DNA of 64,000 nucleotides. Origin: Ophelia neglecta (Eukaryota). A program made the position numbers and the translations under genes. The stretch is from NCBI GenBank assembly GCA_965285935.1, contig OZ260661.1, positions 135,222,001-135,286,000 of the forward strand. The letters run 5' to 3'. The notes below the pieces were generated by a model. That model had not been told where the DNA came from. It did no database searches and saw nothing but the letters and a program-made list of their open reading frames with translations. The first letter of the stretch is position 1; the number at the start of each line of letters is the position of its first letter. Shown here piece by piece: positions 23,497-36,076 of this stretch.

Positions 23497-26400
23497 TTAA
23501 TTAATCCGTGATATATTCAGTGGAGTGTATGTGACATTCGGTGAGAGGGCCTCGTATTCTCTTTCAGTGACTTTTTCCACAGAAGGCTCAACAGCCTGAC
23601 GCCCGACTTCTCCTATGTCTTCATATGGACCTTTAGTCGGCCTCCCCACTTCTTGTATGTCCTCATATGGACCATCAGTCTGCCGTCCGATTTCTTGTAT
23701 ATCCTCGTATGGACCATCTACACATGGACTGTTTAAAGTATCGGCTCGTGGATGAATGTAGCCTACTTCCTCATATTGAGAAGTAATATATTGTCCTGGT
23801 CTTGAATTTGCTACGTTGTAATAATCATGACCAGTGGGGGTGGGGGTGCTCGATCGTTCGACCCCGTGAGCTGCTGCTTCATTGTAATATGTGTGTTCTG
23901 TGTAGGTCTTCTGTTTGTCTGCTATCTGTTGCTTCCTAAAAATACATTTATTTGTACTTATTATTATGCATATACAAATTTGAAATCGCATATAATACTT
24001 TGGTGTTCAGTTCAGTTTTTCTCAATTATCACTACACAAACAAAAATCAATATAGCCCCGATGGCTAATCGGATGTATATGTATTTAATGGATTCACCGA
24101 CATCACAAATACTATTAATATCAGCTCATTGTCAATTTGCATTTTACATTTAGCCTTCAGGATTATCATAGCAGCTCATCTTCCATTTTGTACCAACTTT
24201 CTCACCGCGACCTATCCGCTCCCAACACCTGTTTCTCACCCCGCCACCTGTCTACTCGCCCTGGACGAGACAGTTTGCAGCACCGTCAGTCTCTTTCACC
24301 CTTTAAGTTTCAGTAATTGGTTCTTTCTTTATTCAGCCAGCCTGCTCGTCAAGCGCTTTGCCCATCCCTCATCTTCCCGCACAACACACCTACCCTCTCC
24401 CCACAACATTCTGACACGACCCCTTGGTTATCAGGCCGGGCATACTGTTGCCCCCTCAAATGTGATAAAAAGCACTCTGGCGATGTTTTCCATTTTAATT
24501 AAAATATACGCAAAACGGTAAAGCATAAAATATATAACAAGAATAGATACCCGGAAATCTTAAGCAATGGTTTACCAACGATTTAACGATGAAAGGCCCA
24601 TTTGACAGTCAACATATTTGGCATCTTACTAGCTAAGATTACTAATCCGCTTCTCAAAAGGACATATCTTACCTACGTTTCTGGCAGACAACATACAGAA
24701 CAACAGCAATAAAGAATATTATCACACCACCCAGCATAGGTCCGATATATAAATAAATACTGGTACCTGGAAAAGTTATAAAATGATACTATTAGACAAA
24801 GTATCTTTGTTCTACTTCCTACGAAATATTATTGGTCTGGTCAAGGTGAAGACCAACTAACACTCGGGCCTCTTTGAAGGCTGCCGAAGTTGAACTTAAT
24901 TTCTTCCATATGTGCAATGTATGTAAGGCATGCTTGTATAATTAAGGCTAAGCTTTCTCAGCTATACAAACAGCAGATGAGCATTTGAGCCACATACCTA
25001 CTCTGAGGAGTGTAGTTTCTGACCTTAAAACCTTTGCAATTCCTTAGCGAACATATGAAGAACATTTGACTGTCAATCAAAATATATCGGACAATGGTGG
25101 ATTGAGGGGTAAGCAAAGTAAACAGGCTGATCAGATAAAGGAGTTGAAGGGTCTCTGAGGAAACTAGCAGTCAAAGGTTCTGGAGCAGGAACAATTCTTT
25201 AGGATAAACAATTTTGAAATTCCGAATATCAAAGATGCGATGTCAAACGAAGCTACTCTAAAAGATCTCCTTCAATTTGCAGAGAATCATAAACCCAAAG
25301 AAAAGAATTTTACTTTACATTAAAAAAATCTGTTTTCGATTCGTGTTTCCAAATTTACAACGACCTGTCTTCATATGCTGCAGTCACATTTAGGTAAATT
25401 GTCTGATATACATAGTTTTTACCTTGTTCACTGCTATCAGAGATGTGTGTGGTTGCCTTCGTTGTTAGTTTAGTTTGAGATGTTGCTGCTGATGTGTTAT
25501 TGTCATCTGGTATACTTTTGGTAGAGGCATTCCTAGTAGTCGTCGCTGCTGTCGTCACCTTGTTAGAGCCATTACCTTGTTGGGGTCTTATACTGGGTGA
25601 TATCGAAGCTTCTGCATCTGAGTGAAATGATTTTGCATAAAATGGATCCGATGTACCAATTTGCGTTGTTTAAATTACCAACCGCCAGAATTTGTTATTT
25701 CAATGAAGCTCAGCAAAGGGGGAACGTCCTACAATTGAACCTCAATTTACCACTGAAGTTACATTGACTGGAATCTAATTCAGTCTATTTACCTTTTCTT
25801 TCACATAAAAATCTATAATTTCTTCCTGGATCATCTGTTCCATACCATTTCCCGTCGATGAGCATCCTTGCATATCCCTCATTGCCATTGGGTTCCCCGT
25901 CACCCCAATTTTTCCAATCATACCAAGCACCACCTAACCACTCCCATCCATCTCGCCTCATTGTTTCGTTGTTGCTGTTTGCTGAGCTTGAAACGTCCTT
26001 TGTTAATCCAATCCAGAATTGGTACATTCTATCCTCGGAATTGCAAACCTCCCCCGACATGCACTTTATCCTGGTTAAAATGGGAGAATAAGTCATATCA
26101 CATTGCTAATACAATAATACAATAATATAGTAAATCCGCTACAATTGAAAACCACAGCACCCACCACATTATAGGTATTATTGAGAAAATGTATTGGTAA
26201 GATAACAGTACTAGGGCACACATAGCATGACATTCGTTTCATTTGAATGCTATAAGCATTAAAATACAAGAATCTTTCTTACATGTTTTCGAAGACGAAT
26301 TTGTTTTGTTCCTCGTTTTCTAATGATACTAGAGAGGCATGCATTCCCTCACATATGCTAACCGCTTCTGTGAAATTTCGTAGAATGTTCTTTCCTGAGA

Positions 26401-26850
26401 CATAATAACACCTCCCATCATAAGGATACCACGAGCCGTCAAATACACATTGATTTGCTACAACTGTAACAAAATAAACACAGCGAGTCATAATCGGGGA
26501 ATAAACTGCCGGGAAAAATATATGAGAGCGCGGGCAACTTTAGCAATAAATGATTTACGACAAAGAGGAACCATAAACATACATAAACACAACCCACTTG
26601 ACCGTATTTACTATTATCATTTTCACTTATATTTGTTCCCACAAACCTAACTTTACCCGAATACGCACACGCCTTTAATTCCCCTCTAATTTCTTCGTTA
26701 ATTGTAATAGTGAACCAACACGCTAGCTATGAGAATGGAAATATTTGTATGTTCACATTGTATTAAGAGGTGCTTTAATATGTGTATACACATACCTGTA
26801 CACAATGTAACTGCCACTAAGACATCAAGGAACAGGGCGGTAGGATACAT
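23497..26850 (-). CDS. G3: type I transmembrane C-type lectin-like receptor, tail type B; G2/G4 chimera (~413 aa)
   Basis: Exons 26796-26850, 26283-26463, 25793-26070, 25423-25617, 24673-24766, 23497-23935; GT-AG, 1242 nt, open. Confidence 0.9.
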
Positions 26851-28012
26851 ATTGGGCCGAGATTGGGATATCCTACACCACAGCGGCCATTTTAATACTG
26901 AAATGAACACGGAAGTGGTCTTCTGGCGCTCTTACACCTTTACACGACACGACCACCGCCTGTTTGAGGCCAACACATGTGTTATGGCTGGTAATGTATG
27001 TAGGTTGACAATGATGGCGACAGGGTCATTGATCACGGTTCGCTACGTATTCAGTTACCAATACCATGACTACTTAGTACACTGCAATAGCAATATAATG
27101 GCACAGCTCACGGGTATATATGCTTTGTAAACGTGGGAAGCGAATTAATATATTTATGAAATCACTAAATATCAAATCAAGTAAACTTAGCGTTGTACTC
27201 TATACCTATTATTGCAGTAGATCTTAACTTTTAATTTACGTAAATGCATTTCTTCACTACAACCTAATAAACCCTAGAGTGATGTACTCTTTCAATTATA
27301 TATGACTAATTTCACCTCTTCACCTTGCAGTTGCGTCTTTAATTTCCGCTATACTAGAAATTGTCCCCCTAGACGTAATTCGTAGAACCTTGTTATGCTT
27401 ATAAGAAAACCGTTATAACAAAACGAGGACTGATGAACTTGTTTGACAGCTACGGACTGACACCTAGCAATATCACAAGATCGGAAACGGTGTGCATGAT
27501 GCCTTATGTCAAGCTATTGTTTATAATAAAGTGTATAACCATAAAATCACAGATTGAAAACCAGAAAGTTCTAGTTACGCTACAATTAGACACAGTTACA
27601 CAGGGAACTATACAACCCTCTTCAGTCTATTGTTCACTGAGACACTCTCTCTACATTTTACGAGGAGGTTGTAATATCATAACCTCGTTTGGCACATATT
27701 TCATCTCTGTCCTACTATGACCACTGACTCGTTTGTTTTGTGAACCGACTCGCATCGTAGAAAAGTGTTTACTGCTTCTTATTGCGAGGGTTATCAATTC
27801 TATGTTTCCGGGTGTTTTAAAACTGCATAACATGGTGTGGTAATTGTGTAGTGAATTGGAGCAATAAATCGGAAACTATATATTTCATTTAGCAACACAT
27901 AGTAATCACGAAAATGTACACAAGTATATCTTTCCATATTCTATGATAGTTGTGCTGAACGCGTATTATGACTTACGTGTAAATGTACGTAAACTCGTGT
28001 AGTGGCCGAAAT

Positions 28013-29345
28013 GGTGGTGGTATGTGTGCGCACGCACATTAAACCCTTGAGAGTTGAGATATATGTCTGTTTCAGGCAGGCCACGGAGGAAGTTCACCAA
28101 CTCTCACATCCATTGAGTAGAGCAGCAAAGAGTGCACACTGCCAATGGCGCTCCTTGATGATACAAGGAGCGTCCCTGTTTGTGTCCAGAAAACACAGTA
28201 GTCGGCGCACATGTCCCTGTTTGGTTGCTATAAGATCCCGTACCTGTCGGGAGATCACGTGAAGAGAGATCAAGTTGCAAAGATAGCAGTACTGCTCTGT
28301 TCGTTGGATGGCCCTCCCAGAAACGACAAACGGACGGCAGTCACGTGTATTTGCAACCATAAACAATGACATATATAGTTGATCCGTAATCCATCGCGTC
28401 CAACAAAGTCGCCACCAAAAATCCGCAGTTTACGCCTCATAGCAGCGCGTGGAGTAGCCAGTATGCACGTGTGCACCAGTAGGAGAGCGTGAAGCCAGGC
28501 TAGCCATCCATCATCTGGGAGAGAAGGGTGATGAAGAATACAAACAGGATGACAGACAGTGGATCCCCCTGACGAAGCGCGAGAGTCGCATGGATGGTGG
28601 TGTTCCCAATGAGACTAGCCGTGTTTGAAAGTAATGCACATAATGCCGCCAAAAAACGACCACCACAGCCTTTCACAGCCAGCTAATTTAGTATAATTTG
28701 TCTTTTACGGGGGGTCATATGCCTTTTCGAAGTCAATAAATGTTATTTACAATGTTTCCTTTGCTCTCCGAGCACGGTCGATAATGAGACGTAAAGTAGG
28801 CAGTTGTTTAAGACATCCTCGGCCAGGCTGGCCTCCATCCTGTGCCTGGCAAGGACCCCACCAGCGGGGAAATCGAGCTATTAAATAGAGGAGTACACCT
28901 CGGCAAAAGAGGGGATTACACTGATACCCCGATAGTTCCCAGGAAGAGATCGGTCCCCCTTTTTGAATAACATAGTCAACCTCGCCACTAACCATGCGTA
29001 CATGGTTTTCCCCCACCAAATCAGATATCATGTTTTATAAGACACCGAATTTGTTGCCATCCGGTAATGTCAACTCCTCCCTCAATGCCAGAAAGGTACG
29101 AGTCTAGTATGTCTTGAATCATTGTGTTTAGGGCCCGCTTCAAGTCATCGGCCCTGGGCTTAGTAATAGCTAAGTCCAAGTTGACACTTGGTCTGCCTGA
29201 CCCAGACTGACTCATTATGAAATATACACAGGTGATCGAATGTACGGGGATAATAGACCATGGGCGCCAGTCAAGCGTAACATACAAGCAAACCCTTTCA
29301 AAATATGTCCAAAACTTATCTAATCCCAGATTTTTACCGAGCTAC
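28013..29345 (-). mobile_element. Decayed LINE, copy c (duplicate of b)
   Basis: Near-identical to 21073-22400. Confidence 0.85.
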
Positions 29346-30442
29346 AGAAATGACTGTTCTTTGTCAACGCCTCTATTGAACACAGTGCCCTAAATCCAAA
29401 TTTAACGGCAAAGTGTCTCCACGGGAATCCTTGATAATCTGCCCTGGTATCCACACAAGCAACACTGTACTTATACACTATAAACATCATTTTGGGCCGA
29501 GGTCGAGATATTCTACCCCACTGCAGATATTTAAATGCTGAAATGAGGCTGGTAATATGAACTGTGTAATAAAACATGTCCTTTACATTACTTCGTCCAA
29601 TATACATCTATGTTAACAGTCGAAAGAGATTTGCCGATGGGGCAGCATTTCCCGGTGACTATGAGAGTATCTGCAGGAATGCGATACATGTATACATGTA
29701 TACCACGTAGAAATTATTTTCAGAGTTGCATTAATGTCACAACTTACGGCATTATTGTGGATCTTCGCTGAGCATAAAGCAACTAAGCCTTTGTACTGTA
29801 CACAATTAAAATAATCTAAAAACAATACATTTACCGCTAATTATGAGACTAGAAGACATTATAACCTGCTTATTTTAGTATGTCTAGCTATTATTTACCG
29901 AGGACACAATCGATATATAGCTGAGCTATGAACATAGCTCCTAGCACTGCCATGTTTTTTGTTAAAATGCCCTTAAAACTACATATCATGTGGTGACAAA
30001 TATGTTGGAAAGTATATAGTAGATGTATATCTTTTCATCTTACCACACCTAGTCACGTTCCCCAGGCCCTGTTTTACACAAACACAGTTTTATCACTCGG
30101 CAGTTGTGTTGAACTTGTATTATGACTTGACCTGTAGCGTATGAAAACTTGTATGGTGGTGGACACGGTCTGATGACGGCTGTCAATTAGATAGTGCAGT
30201 GGTTATATTTTGCTGCAGGAAAAAAAATTAATTGTTTAATACTTTTTCTCATTACCATCACTATATCACTTGGGCTGTCTTGTGCATTAATTAACTCTAT
30301 GTTGGAGAACGACACTAACATAAAAAACAGCATTAAGATTGCTTAGAAAAGTATAGTAATTCCATAATAATTGAGTGCTTGTTATTTAAGCTGTCGTGGT
30401 TAAGGAAGGTTAAAGAAATACACTGTCTGTCCAAATCAAGTG

Positions 30443-33400
30443 TTAATTAATCCGTGATATATTCAGTGGAGTGTATGTGACATTCGGTGAGAGGGCTTCG
30501 TATTCTCTTTCAGTGACTTTTTCCACAGAAGGCTCAACAGCCTGACGCCCGACTTCTCCTATGTCTTCATATGGACCTTTAGTCGGCCTCCCCACTTCTT
30601 GTATGTCCTCATATGGACCATCAGTCTGCCGTCCGATTTCTTGTATATCCTCGTATGGACCATCTACACATGGACTGTTTAAAGGATCGGCTCGTGGATG
30701 AATGTAGCCTACTTCCTCATATTGAGAAGTAATATATTGTCCTGGTCTTGAATTTGCTACGTTGTAATAATCATGACCAGTGGGGGTGGGGTTGCTCGAT
30801 CGTTCGACCCCGTGAGCTGCTGCTTCATTGTAATATGTGTGTTCTGTGTAGGTCTTCTGTTTGTCTGCTATCTGTTGCTTCCTAAAAATACATTTATTTG
30901 TACTTATTATTATGCATATACAAATTTGAAATCGCATATAATACTTTGGTGTTCAGTTCAGTTTTTCTCAATTATCACTACACAAACAAAAATCAATATA
31001 GCCCCGATGGCTAATCGGATGTATATGTATTTAATGGATTCACCGACATCACAAATACTATTAATATCAGCTCATTGTCAATTTGCATTTTACATTTAGC
31101 CTTCAGGATTATCATAGCAGCTCATCTTCCATTTTGTACCAACTTTCTCACCGCGACCTATCCGCTCCCAACCCCTGTTTCTCACCCCGCCACCTGTCTA
31201 CTCGCCCTGGACGAGACAGTTTGCAGCACCGTCAGTCTCTTTCACCCTTTAAGTTTCAGTAATTGGTTCTTTCTTTATTCAGCCAGCCTGCTCGTCAAGC
31301 GCTTTGCCCATCCCTCATCTTCCCGCACAACACACCTACCCTCTCCCCCCAACATTCTGACACGACCCCTTGGTTATCAGGCCGGGCATACTGTTGCCCC
31401 CTCAAATGTGATAAAAAGCACTCTGGCGATGTTTTCCATTTTAATTAAAATAAACGCAAAACGGTAAAGCATAAAATATATAACAAGAATAGATACCCGG
31501 AAATCTAAAGCAATGGTTTACCAACGATTTAACGATGAAAGGCCCATTTGACAGTCAACATATTTGGCATCTTACTAGCTAAGATTACTAATCCGCTTCT
31601 CAAAAGGACATATCTTACCTACGTTTCTGGCAGACAACATACAGAACAACAGCAATAACGAATATTATCACACCACCCAGCATAGGTCCGATATATAAAT
31701 AAATACTGGTACCTGGAAAAGTTATAAAATGATACTATTAGACAAAGTATCTTTGTTCTACTTCCTACGAAATATTATTGGTCTGGTCAAGGTGAAGACC
31801 AACTAACACTCGGGCCTCTTTGAAGGCTGCCGAAGTTGAACTTAATTTCTTCCATATGTGCAATGTATGTAAGGCATGCTTGTATAATTAAGGCTAAGCT
31901 TTCTCAGCTATACAAACAGCAGATGAGCATTTGAGCCACATACCTACTCTGAGGAGTGTAGTTTCTGACCTTAAAACCTTTGCAATTCCTTAGCGAACAT
32001 ATGAAGAACATTTGACTGTCAATCAAAATATATCGGACAATGGTGGATTGAGGGGTAAGCAAAGTAAACAGGCTGATCAGATAAAGGAGTTGAAGGGTCT
32101 CTGAGGAAACTAGCAGTCAAAGGTTCTGGAGCAGGAACAATTCTTTAGGATAAACAATTTTGAAATTCCGAATATCAAAGATGCGATGTCAAACGAAGCT
32201 ACTCTAAAAGATCTCCTTCAATTTGCAGAGAATCATAAACCCAAAGAAAAGAATTTTACTTTACATTAAAAAAATCTGTTTTCGATTCGTGTTTCCAAAT
32301 TTACAACGACCTGTCTTCATATGCTGCAGTCACATTTAGGTAAATTGTCTGATATACATAGTTTTTACCTTGTTCACTGCTATCAGAGATGTGTGTGGTT
32401 GCCTTCGTTGTTAGTTTAGTTTGAGATGTTGCTGCTGATGTGTTATTGTCATCTGGTATACTTTTGGTAGAGGCATTCCTAGTAGTCGTCGCTGCTGTCG
32501 TCACCTTGTTAGAGCCATTACCTTGTTGGGGTCTTATACTGGGTGATATCGAAGCTTCTGCATCTGAGTGAAATGATTTTGCATAAAATGGATCCGATGT
32601 ACCAATTTGCGTTGTTTAAATTACCAACCGCCAGAATTTGTTATTTCAATGAAGCTCAGCAAAGGGGGAACGTCCTACAATTGAACCTCAATTTACCACT
32701 GAAGTTACATTGACTGGAATCTAATTCAGTCTATTTACCTTTTCTTTCACATAAAAATCTATAATTTCTTCCTGGATCATCTGTTCCATACCATTTCCCG
32801 TCGATGGGCATCCTTGCATATCCCTCATTGCCATTGGGTTCCCCGTCACCCCAATTTTTCCAATCATACCAAGCACCACCTAACCACTCCCATCCATCTC
32901 GCCTCATTGTTTCGTTGTTGCTGTTTGCTGAGCTTGAAACGTCCTTTGTTAATCCAATCCAGAATTGGTACATTCTATCCTCGGAATTGCAAACCTCCCC
33001 CGACATGCACTTTATCCTGGTTAAAATGGAAGAATAAGTCATATCACATTGCTAATACAATAATACAATAATATAGTAAATCCGCTACAATTGAAAACCA
33101 CAGCACCCACCACATTATAGGTATTATTGAGAAAATGTATGTAAGATAACAGTACTAGGGCACACATAGCATGACATTCGTTTCATTTGAATGCTATAAG
33201 CATTAAAATACAAGAATCTTTCTTACATGTTTTCGAAGACGAATTTGTTTTGTTCCTCGTTTTCTAATGATACTAGAGAGGCATGCATTCCCTCACATAT
33301 GCTAACCGCTTCTGTGAAATTTCGTACAACCATCTTTCCTGAGACATAATAACACCTCCCATCATAAGGAAACCACTGGGCCTCAAATGCACATTGCTTT

Positions 33401-34257
33401 GCTACCGCTGAAATACATTAAACATAGCGGGTCATACGCGGGTAATAAACTACCGGGAAGAAATGTATGAGAGCGCGGGCATCTTAAAAAATAAATGCTT
33501 AGCATTGAGACAGACAAGAATCATTGATGACTAACATTATAAATAATGCAATGGAGCTATCACATTATTGTATCAGAATAAAAAATGGGGCCAACAAAAA
33601 TACCCTTCTTCCCTCTGCTACTTTCCCCGTTAGCTTACCACCGATCAAGTACAATTATGTTCGATGTGTAAACGTGCAGTGGCCGACTTAGGTACGATGC
33701 AATGTTTTCAATTAAGCCGCTTGGGGTGTCATCCTTAGGTTTTTTTATAAATTTGAAGCTGGCCTGTTTTGAGGGTCTTAGAAAATAGCATGGCCATTTC
33801 CGACAGCACCAATGACTTTCGGACTATAGGCGTTCTAAGCATCATCAAGTGCCATCTAAAAGGCCATTTAACCCGATAAAAACTATCCACGTTTGAGGAA
33901 GGAACACATTTGGATCACGAGCTCAAGAGTACTATTCGGACAATCAATGAATCCGTGAGCCTTGGCAGTATACATAAACACAACCCACTTCAACGTATTT
34001 ACTTACATTTTATTTACATTTTTACTTATATTCGTACACACACAACCTAACTTTAACCGAATACGCACACGCCTTCAACTCCCCTCTTATTTCTTCCTTA
34101 ATTGTATTAGTGAACCAACACGCTAGCTATGAGAATTGAAATATTAGTATGATCATATTGTATTAAGCGCACCTAGGTGTCTCAATATGTATATACACAT
34201 ACCTGTACACAACGTGACTGCCACTAAAACATCAAGGAACAGGTCGGTAAGATACAT
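30443..34257 (-). CDS. G4: type I transmembrane C-type lectin-like receptor, tail type B (~413 aa)
   Basis: Exons 34203-34257 (MYLTDLFLDVLVAVTLCT), 33227-33407 (AVAKQCAFEAQWFPYDGRCYYVSGKMVVRNF..), 32739-33016, 32369-32563, 31619-31712, 30443-30881; GT-AG, open. Confidence 0.9.
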
Positions 34258-35662
34258 ATTGAGCCGAGATTGGGATATCCTACGCCACAGCGGCCATTTT
34301 AATACTGAAATGAACACGGAAGTGGTCTTCTGGCGCTCTTACACCTTTACACGACACAACCACCGCCTGTTTGAGGCCAACACATGTGTTATGGCTGGTA
34401 ATGTATGTCGGTTGACAATGATGGCGACAGGGTGATTGATCACGGTCCGCTACGTATTCAGTTACCAATACCATGACTACTAAGTACGCTGCAATAGCAA
34501 TATAATGGCACAGCTCACGGGCATATATGCTTTGTAAACGTGGGAAGCGAATTAATATATTTATGAAATCACTAAATATTAAAATCCAGTAAACTTAGCG
34601 TTGTACTCTATACCTGCAGTAGATCTTAACTTTTAATTTACTTAAATGCATTTCTTCACTACAACGTAATAAACCCTAGAGTGATGTACTCTATCAATTA
34701 TATATGACTTACTTCAGCTCTTCACCTTGCAGTTGCGTCTTTAATTTCCGCTATACTAGAAATTGTCCCCCTAGACGTAATTCGTAGAACATGGTTATGG
34801 TAATAAGAAAACCGTTACAACAAAACTAGGACTGCTGAATTTGTTTGACAGCTACGGACTGACACCTAGCAATATCACAAGATTGGAAACGGTATGCATG
34901 ATGCCTTATGTAAAGTTGTTATGTTTATAATAAAGTGTATAACCATAAAATCACAGATTGACCTATTCAACGCAATGCTACAACCAGACAGTGCTAGTTA
35001 CGCTAAAATTATACTCAGTTACACGGGGATCTTTACAGCCCTCTTCGGTCTATTGTTTACTGAGACACTTCATCTAATCTCTACATTTTATGAGGGGGTT
35101 ATAATATCATATCCTCACTTGGGACATATATTATCTCTGTCCTACTATGGCCAGTCTCGTTTGTTTTGTGGTCTGACTAGCATCGTAGAAAACTGTTGAC
35201 TGCTTATTGCGAGGGTTAACATCACATAGTAATCAAGAAAATGTTCGCAATGACATCCTTCTTTATTCTATGATAGTTGTGCTGAACGCGTATTTTAACT
35301 TGCAATGTACGTAAACTGGTGTTGTGGCCGAAATGGTCTGAATACGCCTGGCATTTAAACAATGCAGTGGCTATATGTTGCTGGAGAAATAATTTGTAAA
35401 TATTTGTATCATTATCACCACCTACCCACAAAGTTTCTGCATTTTTTATAACGTTATTGCAACGCGAACTCAAGTAAGAAGGTTAAGAAACTTTAGTAAC
35501 CCCTGGGGTGTTGATGGTTGTTATGTATAGATGCTGTGACTTTAGAAAATAAAGGCTTTAGTGAAGACACAGCTGCAGTTCGTTTCCTATGTCCAAGCTG
35601 CTAATGTCATATATTTAACTGTTATATACATATAAAGGTGCTCTGAACAGGCATATTGCGGT

Positions 35663-36076
35663 TTATTTTGTAGCTATAAACAGTGAATTATTGCATGATA
35701 TATTCAGTTTGCCCTCTCGTACTTCCGTATATGGACCATCAGTCTGCCACCCGAAGTCTCGTATATCCTCGTAAGGACCATCAGTCTGCCACCCGAAGTC
35801 TCGTATATCCTCGTATGGACCATCAGTCTGCCACCCGAAGTCTCGTATATCCTCGTATGGACCATCAGTCTGCCACCCGAAGTCTCGTATATCCTCGTAT
35901 GGACCATCAGTCCGCGGCCCAGCTTCTCGTTTGCCTTCGCTAGGAGTGTTTATATGGTCAGCTGGTGGCTGAAGGTGGCCTACATACTCATACACAGTAG
36001 CAATATATGCTTCTTGTCTTAAATATGCTACGTTGTAATAACCATGACCAGTGGGGGCGGGGGTGTTCGATCGTTC
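35663..36076 (-). pseudogene. Orphan, 5'-truncated paralog of the Tyr-rich tail exon (frame still open; 4x YEDI + YTEV)
   Basis: ERSNTPAPTGHGYYNVAYLRQEAYIATVYEYVGHLQP..(TDGPYEDIRDFGWQ)x4 TDGPYTEV..; AATAAA overlapping the stop; native splice acceptor replaced by LINE. Confidence 0.8.
35733..35912. repeat. 42-bp coding-type minisatellite, 4 units plus partial
   Basis: Units start at 35733, 35775, 35817, 35859, partial at 35901; identical except one synonymous change. Confidence 0.95.

Larger units (their letters stand above)
19434..33326. repeat. Recent tandem segmental duplication, two ~6.94-kb units (19434-26373; 26374-33317)
   Basis: Near-identical sequence at offset 6940-6946 with scattered substitutions and two small indels (+6 near 28343, -2 near 33140). 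Confidence 0.95.

Noticed and set aside
23520-23560. Terminal YEAL..Y(T/N)PL as a canonical ITAM
   Set aside because: Spacer is 5 residues, shorter than the canonical 6-8; reported only as Tyr motifs with an ITIM-consensus match.
19434-33326. 6.94-kb duplication as a pure assembly artefact
   Set aside because: Not favoured, because the units differ at scattered sites and the junction is a clean in-frame homologous crossover between two distinct paralogs; it cannot be fully excluded without reads.
35733-35912. 42-bp direct repeats as a CRISPR array
   Set aside because: Units are contiguous with no unique spacers, encode a 14-aa peptide repeat, and the context is an intron-containing eukaryotic locus without cas genes.
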